Shown here: positions 35,336 through 44,008 of the stretch, one piece after another
Layout: every line of letters begins with the position of its first letter
Position numbering within the stretch: position 1 is the stretch's first letter
DNA from: an uncultured Candidatus Saccharibacteria bacterium
GTDB lineage: Bacteria > Patescibacteriota > Minisyncoccia > Phycocordibacterales > PALSA-1337
Length of the DNA: 54,675 nucleotides
Assembly (NCBI GenBank): GCA_964389975.1
Contig: CAYMGJ010000003.1
Location: 1 to 54,675, forward strand
Direction of reading: 5' to 3'
Program-made: the position numbers and the translations under genes
Notes under the pieces: generated by a model
Database searches by the model: none
What the model was told of the DNA's origin: nothing
What the model saw: the letters and a program-made list of their open reading frames with translations, nothing else

Positions 35336-35710
35336 GTGAATTATTTGTTTCTTCTTGTTATCTGTGTTTTTCTCACAGGTTGCGGTTCTCTTCGTAAGGG
35401 ATGGCAGGGACCACCCCTGGTTTCTGAAATTACGCCCATAGGGCGTACTCAGTTGCCGGACAATCCGGTCCCTCATCACTCCCACTCCCACAGTGATGGG
35501 GTAGGGAATTATGAGTACTACGAAAGAGGTACTCGATACCGGGTTGATGGGACATACTTTCAACATGTACGTCCATACGGATACACAAACTGGTACAAGT
35601 CGTATCAGTCGCCAACCCCTCCGACAGTTACAACCTACGATGACCCTCGTGGACCACGAGGGTCATATCAGGGGAGATATATAAATATTCTTCCACCACT
35701 TCCTCGGTAA
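35336..35710 (+). CDS. Putative lipoprotein, Tyr/Pro/Gly/His-rich and locally GC-rich
   Basis: GTG start. The lipobox signal peptide is MNYLFLLVICVFLTGC. It also has the His-rich stretch HHSHSHS and low-complexity Y/P/G-rich sequence, and it lies between a strong promoter and a strong terminator. Confidence 0.6.
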   Translation: MNYLFLLVICVFLTGCGSLRKGWQGPPLVSEITPIGRTQLPDNPVPHHSHSHSDGVGNYEYYERGTRYRVDGTYFQHVRPYGYTNWYKSYQSPTPPTVTTYDDPRGPRGSYQGRYINILPPLPR

Positions 35711-35732
35711 TGAGGGGTGGTCACAACATTAG

Positions 35733-35766
35733 TTCCAGCATCGCAAGATGCTGGAATTTCTTTTTA
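35733..35766 (+). terminator. Canonical intrinsic terminator
   Basis: ttccagcatc / gcaa / gatgctggaa forms a 10-bp stem followed by tttcttttta. Confidence 0.8.
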
Positions 35767-35781
35767 TGATATATTTCATAC

Positions 35782-36219
35782 ATGAAAACAATCCTCACAC
35801 ATTCTCCTGAAGAAACAGCGGTTTTTGCACATAACTGGCTTTCTTCTCTTGTCCCTAAAAAAGATGAGGCAACAATTGTGGGGCTCTATGGAAACCTTGG
35901 TGCAGGGAAGACCACCTTTACCCAAAGTGTTGCACGTGCTCTAGGAATTTCTGAAGATGTAACAAGTCCTACCTTTGTCATTGAAAAGATATATGACACA
36001 AAACATTCAGTGTTCAAGAAAATGATTCATATCGATGCATATCGTCTTGAACATGGAAGAGAGTTGTCTGTCCTCAATTTCGAATCACTTCTTGATAGCC
36101 CTCATAATCTCATTCTCATTGAATGGCCAGAAAATGTAAAAGAAGTTTTACCTGAAGATCATTACAAAATATATTGTACATTTGTCGATCAAAATTCACG
36201 AGAATTTAAGGTACAATAG
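35782..36219 (+). CDS. tsaE: tRNA t6A37 biosynthesis ATPase TsaE
   Basis: The P-loop LYGNLGAGKTTF, SPTFVI, DAYRL and a length of 145 aa support the call. Confidence 0.85.
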   Translation: MKTILTHSPEETAVFAHNWLSSLVPKKDEATIVGLYGNLGAGKTTFTQSVARALGISEDVTSPTFVIEKIYDTKHSVFKKMIHIDAYRLEHGRELSVLNFESLLDSPHNLILIEWPENVKEVLPEDHYKIYCTFVDQNSREFKVQ

Positions 36220-36224
36220 GGGGT

Positions 36225-38609
36225 ATGGAAAAACAACATACAGACATGAAGCGTGTGGTACTACTCGACTCCCATGCCATACTACATCGGGCATATCACG
36301 CTTTGCCTGATTTTGTTTCTGCAAAGGGAGAGCCAACTGGTGCACTCTACGGACTTACAACCATGCTCATCAAGATCATTGATGAACTTAAACCAACATA
36401 TCTCATTGCCTGCTACGATCTTCCTGGTCCTACGTTTAGAAAAGAGGTGTATAAGGATTACAAAGCAGGTCGTGCTAAGGCAGAAGATGATCTCGTTGCT
36501 CAAATGAAGAGATCTCGAGATATTTTCACAGCCCTTAATATTCCCATATATGACAAACCAGGATTTGAAGCTGACGACATGCTTGGCACAATCACTCATC
36601 AAATCAAAGATATCCCTCATATTGAAGTTGTCATTGCTTCAGGTGATATGGATACATTACAACTTGTCTCAGGTGACAAGGTTCAAGTGTATACTCTCAA
36701 GAAGGGAATTAAGGATACCATTATGTACAACGAAGAAGCTGTACAGGAGCGATTTGGTTTTGGTCCAGAACTTCTCCCTGATTACAAGGGCTTGAGAGGT
36801 GATCCATCAGACAACATTGTGGGGATTAAGGGGATAGGGGAGAAGACGGCCACAATTCTCATCACCACTTTCGGAACCATCGAGAGTATGTATGAAACTC
36901 TTGAGAAGAAGGGTGAAGGTGAATTCAAGAAGGTAGGAATTACTGATCGAATCCTCACCCTTCTCAAAGAGGGTAAGGAAGAGGCTTTGTTTAGTAAGAT
37001 GCTTGCAACCATACGTCGTGATGCACCGGTAACCTTTACAATGCCTCAACAAGAATTTAAGGATTCAGTTGATTTTGAAAAAATATCACATCTTTTTAAT
37101 GAACTTGATTTCCGTAGTCTCTCGACACGTCTCAAGACTGTGTTAGGGGGAACAGTAGAAGTCGTTGCTGAACAGAAAAAAGAAGAGAAAATCGAAGAAC
37201 ATATAGATAGCGATGATCTTACCAAAACATCTATAGCTCTCTGGCTTCTCAATTCAAATCTTACAGATCCTCAACTTCAAGACATCTATGAGTTTGCGAA
37301 AGTGGAGAATTTTCAAAAAGCTACTGATATTATCTTCAAAGAGCTCGACAAGAGAGGTCTTCGTAAGGTCTATGATTCTATAGAAGAACCAATCATCCCC
37401 ATCATAAAGAAAATGGATGAACGAGGTGTGCGAATTGATACAGATTTTCTAAAAGATCTTTCAAACACATACCACACAGAGCTTTCTAAATTGGAAAAGA
37501 AGATATGGGAATATGCAGGAGGGGAGTTCAATATAAATTCACCAAAGCAATTGGGAGATATTCTCTTCGACACTCTCAATCTCACAGCAAAGGGTCTCAA
37601 GAAGACAACGGGAGGAGCTCGTTCAACTCGTGAGTCTGAACTTGAAAAACTTCGTGATGCACATCCCATTGTTCCACTCATCTTTGAATATCGTGAACTT
37701 CAGAAACTCCTCTCTACCTACATAGATACCATACCAACTCTTGTTGATGATACAGGACGTCTTCATGCACATTTTCTTCAAGCAGGAACAACTACAGGTC
37801 GTATGTCTTCTCAGGGTCCAAATCTTCAAAATATTCCTGTTAAAACAGAATTAGGCAGAGCTATACGCAAAGCATTCATTGCTGAGAAAGGATATGTACT
37901 TTCAGCTCTCGACTACTCTCAAATTGAACTTCGCATAGCTGCATTTCTTTCAAAAGACAAAAGACTCATAGAAATCTTTACAGGGGGAGAGGATGTACAT
38001 ACCGCTGTAGCATCAGAAGTATTCGGTGTATCACTTAATGAGGTAGACAAGGAAATGAGACGTAAGGCAAAGATTATCAATTTCGGTATTCTCTATGGTA
38101 TGGGGGTAAATGCATTACGTCAAAATCTTGGTGAAAATACAACTCGAGCTGAAGCTCAACTTTTCTATAACGAATATTTTAAGAAATTTTCTGGACTTGC
38201 TACATATCTCGACTATGTAAAGGCAGATGCTGAGAGAAAGGGATATACAGAGACTTTCTTTGGACGACGAAGATATTTCGAAGGTATTACCTCAAAGATT
38301 CCGTATATAAAAGCTATGGCAGAGCGCATGGCAATCAATGCTCCAATTCAAGGTACGAATGCAGATATTATAAAGATTGCTATGAAGCGTATCGATGACT
38401 ATCTCATACATCACGATCTTTCTAACAAGGCATATCTCATACTTCAGGTGCATGATGAACTCGTCTATGAGATTGATGAGAAGATAGCTCCATCACTTGT
38501 TCCTGAGATACAGAGAATAATGGAAACAGTTATCAATCCTGAGGATATAGAGGGGATATCATGTCTTGTGAATGCTCATATTGGAAACAATTGGGGAGAT
38601 TTGAAATAA
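36225..38609 (+). CDS. polA: DNA polymerase I (5'-3' exonuclease plus polymerase domains; vestigial 3'-5' exonuclease region)
   Basis: The 5' nuclease motifs are DSHAILHRAYHA and GDPSDNIVGIKGIGEKTA. Pol motif A is LSALDYSQIELRIAA, motif B is RRKAKIINFGILYGM and motif C is LQVHDELVYE. I see no DxE ExoI motif in the linker. Confidence 0.9.
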   Translation: MEKQHTDMKRVVLLDSHAILHRAYHALPDFVSAKGEPTGALYGLTTMLIKIIDELKPTYLIACYDLPGPTFRKEVYKDYKAGRAKAEDDLVAQMKRSRDIFTALNIPIYDKPGFEADDMLGTITHQIKDIPHIEVVIASGDMDTLQLVSGDKVQVYTLKKGIKDTIMYNEEAVQERFGFGPELLPDYKGLRGDPSDNIVGIKGIGEKTATILITTFGTIESMYETLEKKGEGEFKKVGITDRILTLLKEGKEEALFSKMLATIRRDAPVTFTMPQQEFKDSVDFEKISHLFNELDFRSLSTRLKTVLGGTVEVVAEQKKEEKIEEHIDSDDLTKTSIALWLLNSNLTDPQLQDIYEFAKVENFQKATDIIFKELDKRGLRKVYDSIEEPIIPIIKKMDERGVRIDTDFLKDLSNTYHTELSKLEKKIWEYAGGEFNINSPKQLGDILFDTLNLTAKGLKKTTGGARSTRESELEKLRDAHPIVPLIFEYRELQKLLSTYIDTIPTLVDDTGRLHAHFLQAGTTTGRMSSQGPNLQNIPVKTELGRAIRKAFIAEKGYVLSALDYSQIELRIAAFLSKDKRLIEIFTGGEDVHTAVASEVFGVSLNEVDKEMRRKAKIINFGILYGMGVNALRQNLGENTTRAEAQLFYNEYFKKFSGLATYLDYVKADAERKGYTETFFGRRRYFEGITSKIPYIKAMAERMAINAPIQGTNADIIKIAMKRIDDYLIHHDLSNKAYLILQVHDELVYEIDEKIAPSLVPEIQRIMETVINPEDIEGISCLVNAHIGNNWGDLK

Positions 38610-38616
38610 TATACCT

Positions 38617-39273
38617 ATGATATACCTCTATCACGGAACAGATACTGATGCTTCACGCACAAAAGCACATGATCTCATAGAATCATTACGTCGTAAGAAA
38701 CCCGATGCATCTTTTTTCCGTATTGATTCTGAAACCATCACCCCAGAACTTCTCGAAGAATATACTTCAGGACAAGGACTTTTTGTAGAAAAAAGTATTG
38801 TGCTCATTAATCATCCTTGTGAAAACAAAGACACTAAAGCTGTCTTTCTCGATTACCTCGACCTCTTGAGAGAGTCACAGAATATTTTCATTGTTCTTGA
38901 AGGTAAGATTGATAAGGCGACATTGACTAAACTTGAGAAAAAAACCGAAAAGGTTGTTGTCTGTGATCTGTCTCAAAAGAAAGTGGTAAAAGAATATAAT
39001 GCGTTTGCGCTTGCTGATGCTGTTGGGAATCGTAACAAAAAGGAGGCTTGGATACTCTATGTCTCGGCTCGAAAGAGGGGAGATGTACCTGAGGCGCTCC
39101 ACGGAATGATTTTTTGGAAAATTAAAACCCTTCTTCTTAACAAAATATTCTCAACATGGAAGGAGAAGGAACTCAAATCAATGCTTACCCATCTCATAAC
39201 GATATATCATGAGTCACGTCGGGGTGGTCCTGATCTTGATAGTGCCCTTGAAGAAACTCTCCTTAGCCTCTAG
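38617..39273 (+). CDS. DNA polymerase III delta subunit-like protein (short)
   Basis: The N-terminus MIYLYHGTDTDASRTKAHDLIESL, the position after polA and the overall helical pattern resemble HolA. This is a weak motif-level call. Confidence 0.4.
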   Translation: MIYLYHGTDTDASRTKAHDLIESLRRKKPDASFFRIDSETITPELLEEYTSGQGLFVEKSIVLINHPCENKDTKAVFLDYLDLLRESQNIFIVLEGKIDKATLTKLEKKTEKVVVCDLSQKKVVKEYNAFALADAVGNRNKKEAWILYVSARKRGDVPEALHGMIFWKIKTLLLNKIFSTWKEKELKSMLTHLITIYHESRRGGPDLDSALEETLLSL

Positions 39274-40831
39274 GAATTGTGAATGTAAAGATACTTCCTT
39301 TTCCTTGTCCTTCAGATTCAGCCCAAATCTTTCCTTTATGATGAAGAACAATCTCTTTAGCAATGAAGAGTCCAATACCAAGACCCTCAGTGTCTGCAGC
39401 GCGAGCTCGAGAAGTTCGATAGAATTTCGAGAAAATATGAAGAAGCTCTTCTTTGTTCATTCCGATACCCTGGTCTTTAATTGTGAAGCGTACATTCTTT
39501 CCTTCATGTGTAATTTCAAGTACCACAGTTCCTTTTCCAACACTGTAGTGTATTGCATTTTCAATGAGAGTTTGAAGAACAAATTTCATTCGTACTTGAT
39601 CGAACTGAGCTGTGATTCCAGGGGTAAATTTCTTTTCAATTACTAAATCCTTTGTCTGTATTTGATGGAGAAGGGAATTGAGAACACTTTCAGTTGCTTG
39701 GGCTATATCACCTTGTTCAAAGTGATACTCATATGAAGCATGTTCTGCTTCTGATGTGGTTACGAGGAGATCGGTAAGTTCCACAAGTTTTTCATTTGCA
39801 TTTTTAATATAGTCTATCTGAGTTTTCTGTTCTTCTGTTGGGTTAAGTGAGTTAAGATTTTCTGTGGCCCATTTAATACCTGTTAAAGGTGTTCTAAATT
39901 TATGAGTTACTGTGGTAATGAATTCATATTTTAGTAAGTCTATCTCTCGTAAGTGTTTCCACACAATGAGACTTACGATAACTGCAAGACCGGAAGATAT
40001 GAGGGTGTTTGCCCAGAGGGGATAGTGTGGGTATGCGTTATGGATAATGGTATTTGAGTAGTTGAGAAGAGTAATGATACTTCCCACAATTACCATACCC
40101 ACGGTAAGTGCAAATGCTTGTTTTGCGATAACTTTTACATTGAAGAGTTCATATCGCACAGCTCCATATACCAGTGGTATTGCAAAGAGTGATGCGAAGA
40201 GCATGCCCCAGAGAGGATCAATCTGAATATTGTACACAAGAAAGTTGGGTATCATCCCTATGGTATATGCAACGATAACTGTTACACCGAAGAAACCATA
40301 TTGTTTTTGTAGAATGGGGTCAGGTGTTTCTCGTCGTTCCTTAAACAAAAGATATGCCATGTATACTGCACATATGAAATAGAGGAAAACAACACGAGTC
40401 CAATTGAGTGAACCTGCAACATAGTAATTAGGAAAATACATCTTTGGTTGAGAGGGGAGGAGGAAGAAATCAGGATTCATAATAAAAAACGCTATACAGA
40501 AAAGAGCAGATGCATATATGAATACAATCATCCATCGCATCGATCGGTTCTTCTTAACGAGTGCAAACACTGCGTGAACATTAAATGCTGCAATCATGAA
40601 AAGACACAGATTGAACATCAATATATTCTTTGAGATATACGGATCGATAACATTAACCCCGATAACATGTGAAGTACTGAATGCAGCTGCAGAAAGTACT
40701 GTAAGAGTGAGGGTGATATTTGCTATATTCTTCTTTCCATTAAAAAACGAAAGAAGAGCAATTCCAACAAGAACAATCGATGAGATGATTGAAATTATGT
40801 TATGGGCAATCAAATGTACATATGCATCCAT
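39263..40831 (-). CDS. Sensor histidine kinase with a polytopic membrane N-terminal domain (no adjacent response regulator)
   Basis: The H-box is THKFRTPLTGIKW, the N-box is LIENAIHYS, and the G-boxes are DQGIGM and GLGIGLFIAKEIV. About 8 transmembrane helices precede them. Confidence 0.85.
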   Translation of the reverse strand: MDAYVHLIAHNIISIISSIVLVGIALLSFFNGKKNIANITLTLTVLSAAAFSTSHVIGVNVIDPYISKNILMFNLCLFMIAAFNVHAVFALVKKNRSMRWMIVFIYASALFCIAFFIMNPDFFLLPSQPKMYFPNYYVAGSLNWTRVVFLYFICAVYMAYLLFKERRETPDPILQKQYGFFGVTVIVAYTIGMIPNFLVYNIQIDPLWGMLFASLFAIPLVYGAVRYELFNVKVIAKQAFALTVGMVIVGSIITLLNYSNTIIHNAYPHYPLWANTLISSGLAVIVSLIVWKHLREIDLLKYEFITTVTHKFRTPLTGIKWATENLNSLNPTEEQKTQIDYIKNANEKLVELTDLLVTTSEAEHASYEYHFEQGDIAQATESVLNSLLHQIQTKDLVIEKKFTPGITAQFDQVRMKFVLQTLIENAIHYSVGKGTVVLEITHEGKNVRFTIKDQGIGMNKEELLHIFSKFYRTSRARAADTEGLGIGLFIAKEIVLHHKGKIWAESEGQGKGSIFTFTIPRG

Positions 40832-40832
40832 G

Positions 40833-40905
40833 TGCGCCTAGTTGGAATCGAACCAACGACCCACTCCTTAAAAGGGAGATGCTCTACCGACTGAGCTATA
40901 GGCGC
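40833..40905 (-). tRNA. tRNA-Lys (anticodon UUU), CCA not encoded
   Basis: I folded the cloverleaf by hand: GCGCCTA TA GCTC AGTCGGTA GAGC A TCTCC CTTTTAA GGAGT GGGTC GTTGG TTCGATT CCAAC TAGGCGC A. Confidence 0.9.
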
Positions 40906-40952
40906 ATGTGGCCAAACTATAGCACAGTATGGCCAAATTTCAAGATTTTTTA

Positions 40953-41315
40953 CTAAAGAGGTAAATCAAAAGCAAAAGAGCCTGGTCCTGTGAAGAGGAG
41001 TGATAGGGAGATTACAAAAAGAACAAGATAGTAGTTGATACCATCAGTAAGAAAAGCCTTTGATCTGACCTTTGTAATGAGTTGAGTTCCGAGAATGATG
41101 AGTGCGAGAAGTGAACCAAGTTGAGTGAGATATCCAAGTATGAATGATATTCCGATAAGTACTTCAAGTGATGCTCGTGCTCTTTGTTTGTTACCCTGAT
41201 TTTGTTTCTTGAGTACAATATATCCCCAGTATATAAACACAGCGCCAAGGGTAAGTCTCAGAAAGAACGGAGCAAGACTCTCAAGACCAAGTAACGATGG
41301 AAAAAGTGAAAACAT
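40953..41315 (-). CDS. DoxX-family small membrane protein
   Basis: It is 120 aa with 4 hydrophobic helices and the N-terminal pattern LAPFFLRLTLGAVFIYWG. Confidence 0.6.
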   Translation of the reverse strand: MFSLFPSLLGLESLAPFFLRLTLGAVFIYWGYIVLKKQNQGNKQRARASLEVLIGISFILGYLTQLGSLLALIILGTQLITKVRSKAFLTDGINYYLVLFVISLSLLFTGPGSFAFDLPL

Positions 41316-41350
41316 ATTGATATTTGATTAATTTACTATACAGTAATGAT

Positions 41351-41833
41351 ATGGTATCACAAAAACAACGAGATATATACCTCCTTCTTGATAATATCCG
41401 AAGCACTCATAATGTCGGTTCTATATTCCGTACAGCTGATGCAGTGGGTGTTACCAAGATATTCCTCTCAGGATACACTCCAGCTCCCATCGATCGTTTT
41501 GGACGTGTGCGTGGAGATATATCTAAGGCATCTCTCGGTGCCGAGAATACAGTTCCCTATGAGATAGTGAAAGATCCTCTTGATTGTCTCAAGAAATTAA
41601 AAAAAGAAAAAAATATATCCATTCTTGCCCTTGAACAACATGAGAGATCTATGGATTACAGATCATATAGTGGAGAAGGGGATGTTCTTGTGGTTGTTGG
41701 TAACGAGGTGGATGGTGTGTCATCAGATATCCTAAGTATGTCTGATGAGATTATCGAGATACCCATGCATGGAGAAAAAGAATCACTTAATGTTTCAGTT
41801 GCTACCGGTATTGCTCTCTATGGCTTACGATAG
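41351..41833 (+). CDS. SpoU/TrmH-family RNA 2'-O-methyltransferase
   Basis: It has HNVGSIFRTADAVGV, VVVGNEVDGVS and IPMHGEKESLNVSVATGIALY. The first ATG is at 41351; the track ORF opens on TTG at 41324. Confidence 0.8.
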   Translation: MVSQKQRDIYLLLDNIRSTHNVGSIFRTADAVGVTKIFLSGYTPAPIDRFGRVRGDISKASLGAENTVPYEIVKDPLDCLKKLKKEKNISILALEQHERSMDYRSYSGEGDVLVVVGNEVDGVSSDILSMSDEIIEIPMHGEKESLNVSVATGIALYGLR

Positions 41834-42700
41834 TTTTTTTTTCTGATGGTGTGAACAAAAATGCGTTCCTCGTCCAGCCACAACTATTCGAGCAATCACT
41901 CCATTACATCCTTTCTTGCTACATATTGTTCCTGTTTTACGATATGCTCGATGATGCTCTTGAAATGAACCACGTTCACCGTGGATGTTTCGATAGTCAG
42001 ACATAGAATCTCCTCCAAAATCTATACCACGTGTAAGTGTAGTACGTAGTGCTTGATATAGTTTCTTGAGATAGTGTTCGGGAATATTCTTTACCAATGT
42101 CTCAGGGTGAATATTTGCTCTCCAGAGACTTTCATCTGCGTATATGTTTCCAATACCAGCAATGATACTTTGATCCATGAGTGTAGGTTTAATTTTACCC
42201 TGAGGCTTAGAGAACAATCTCTTTTTGAAAACAGGAAAGGTAAAAGATGGCTCGAGAGGTTCGGGGCCAATATCTCTTAAATGATCAGAGTCATGGAGTT
42301 TGTGTGTGTCTACTACAGCAATTTTTGCAAACTTACGCATATCAGAGAGTTCAATGTTCTTACCATTCGACAGGTTCATAACAAAGTGAATGAATCGATT
42401 GTAAGGATCTTTTTTGTTGTAATCTCCATACATGAGATGTCCTGTCATTTTCATGTGGATAATAATGGTGTGATTGTTTGAGAGATGTATGAGAACATTT
42501 TTTGCACGACGTGTAACATGGGTAATTGTGTTACCTGTAACCATCTTTTTAAAATACTTGAAATACACAGGATCTTTAATGGTATTTGATCCTTTAAAAA
42601 AGGAACTTCGATAGTCAGTCCATACATCATCAATACGGAGATTTCTCACCACCTCATCGAGTCCACGGGCTGTTGTTTGTACTTCTGGCAATTCTGGCAT
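41825..42700 (-). CDS. mutM: Formamidopyrimidine-DNA glycosylase (Fpg/MutM)
   Basis: It has the N-terminal MPELPEV catalytic motif, H2TH-like GIGNIYADESLW and a C-terminal zinc finger CSKKGC...RGTHFCSHHQ. Confidence 0.9.
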   Translation of the reverse strand: MPELPEVQTTARGLDEVVRNLRIDDVWTDYRSSFFKGSNTIKDPVYFKYFKKMVTGNTITHVTRRAKNVLIHLSNNHTIIIHMKMTGHLMYGDYNKKDPYNRFIHFVMNLSNGKNIELSDMRKFAKIAVVDTHKLHDSDHLRDIGPEPLEPSFTFPVFKKRLFSKPQGKIKPTLMDQSIIAGIGNIYADESLWRANIHPETLVKNIPEHYLKKLYQALRTTLTRGIDFGGDSMSDYRNIHGERGSFQEHHRAYRKTGTICSKKGCNGVIARIVVAGRGTHFCSHHQKKKLS

Positions 42701-42736
42701 ACAATTCTTATATCACACTTTGCTTTTTTATACCTC

Positions 42737-44008
42737 ATGCATAGACACAACACACAACAGGGAAGAGGAAACTATAATTTTATAGCACTATGCGCACTTA
42801 TCGTCTTGTCGGTGCCATGGCTCATGAATATTTTTCCTCAAAGTATCTCAATTATCGATCGAGGTTTCCGCTATGTGGGGAGTAATCTTGCTTCAGTCCT
42901 TCTCCATGATGTTGTAACTGTTGAAGAATTACATACGAAGTATGCTCAAGCAGAAAAAACTGAAGAAAAGATACGTATACTCATTGTTCCAGGACATGAG
43001 CCAGATTTCGGTGGAACAGAATATGGTGATTTAAAAGAAAGAAACCTTGCGGTGCAATTAGCTCAAAATCTAGCAACATTTCTCTCAAGAGATCCTCATT
43101 ATGAAGTTATCATTACTCGCGATACGCATGCATGGACTCCAACATTTGAATCTTTTTTCAAAAACTCAAGACAAGATATCCTCAATTTCTTCAAAGATCA
43201 TAAAAGTGAAATGGTACGTCTTGTAAATACAGGGAAGGTGACTAAGGTTAATGGGGTACAACACAATTCAGCACCTCAGGATGTTGCGCTACGACTCTAC
43301 GGTATTAACAAGTGGGTCAATGACAATGATATTGATATGGCACTGCATATTCACTTCAATGACTATCCACGACGTAATACAAGTACTCCAGGAGAATACT
43401 CAGGCCTCGCTATCTATGTTCCTGAGCGACAGTACTCAAACAGTACAACTACACGTGTTATTGCAGATTCTGTTTTTAAGCGATTATCAAAATACAATGC
43501 AGTTAGTAATTTACCAAAAGAAGATGCAGGGATAGTGGAAGAGCAGGAACTCATTGCAATTGGATCACATAACTCTCTTGGAGCACCAAGTATGCTCATT
43601 GAGTATGGGTATATCTATGAACCACAGTATACAGATCAGTCAGTGCGTGATCTCACACTACAAGATCTCGCATTTCAAACATATCTCGGTATACAAGATT
43701 TCTTTGGAAGTACTGATGGTAAAGCCCTTGCATACGATAGTCTCATGCTACCTCACAGTTGGAAATCAAAAATTTCTAAAGACTCCATCAATCGTAGTGA
43801 TGTCTTTGCATTACAAACAGCCCTAACTCTTGAAGGACAGTATCCTCCACGAAACAAAACAAAAAATGATTGTCCTCGTTCAGGACGTTTCGGTCCGTGT
43901 ACGATAGAGGCATTAACAGCATTTCAGAAAAAGTATGGAATAGATGGTGAGAGGGAGGTTGTAGGAGAGAAGACAAAAAAGATTCTTAATGAAAAGTATT
44001 CTCAATAG
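42737..44008 (+). CDS. N-acetylmuramoyl-L-alanine amidase (Amidase_3-like) with a C-terminal peptidoglycan-binding domain
   Basis: It has ILIVPGHEPDFGGTEY...ERNLAV and LHIHFND. The C-terminal PG_binding_1-like repeat is ALQTAL...FGPCTIEALTAFQKKYGI. I chose the ATG at 42737; the track ORF opens on TTG at 42677 inside mutM. Confidence 0.75.
   Translation: MHRHNTQQGRGNYNFIALCALIVLSVPWLMNIFPQSISIIDRGFRYVGSNLASVLLHDVVTVEELHTKYAQAEKTEEKIRILIVPGHEPDFGGTEYGDLKERNLAVQLAQNLATFLSRDPHYEVIITRDTHAWTPTFESFFKNSRQDILNFFKDHKSEMVRLVNTGKVTKVNGVQHNSAPQDVALRLYGINKWVNDNDIDMALHIHFNDYPRRNTSTPGEYSGLAIYVPERQYSNSTTTRVIADSVFKRLSKYNAVSNLPKEDAGIVEEQELIAIGSHNSLGAPSMLIEYGYIYEPQYTDQSVRDLTLQDLAFQTYLGIQDFFGSTDGKALAYDSLMLPHSWKSKISKDSINRSDVFALQTALTLEGQYPPRNKTKNDCPRSGRFGPCTIEALTAFQKKYGIDGEREVVGEKTKKILNEKYSQ

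Noticed and set aside
35290-35766. The GC-rich, hairpin-rich transcript of about 450 nt between a strong promoter and terminator looked like a candidate RNase P RNA or tmRNA. It contains CCATAGGGC and CCACCA strings.
   Set aside because: It has no GAGGAAAGUCC or ACAGAA-N-GGCUUA (P4) motifs. It has no tRNA-like T-arm before the CCACCA and no tag-peptide reading frame. The + strand ORF has a textbook lipoprotein signal peptide (LFLLVICVFLTGC), so a protein-coding call is better supported.
40906-40952. There is a direct repeat TGGCCAAA (two copies, 21 nt apart) between tRNA-Lys and the DoxX gene.
   Set aside because: It is short (8 nt), has only two copies, and lies in a 47-nt spacer where it may simply be promoter or terminator context. 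That is too little evidence for a finding.
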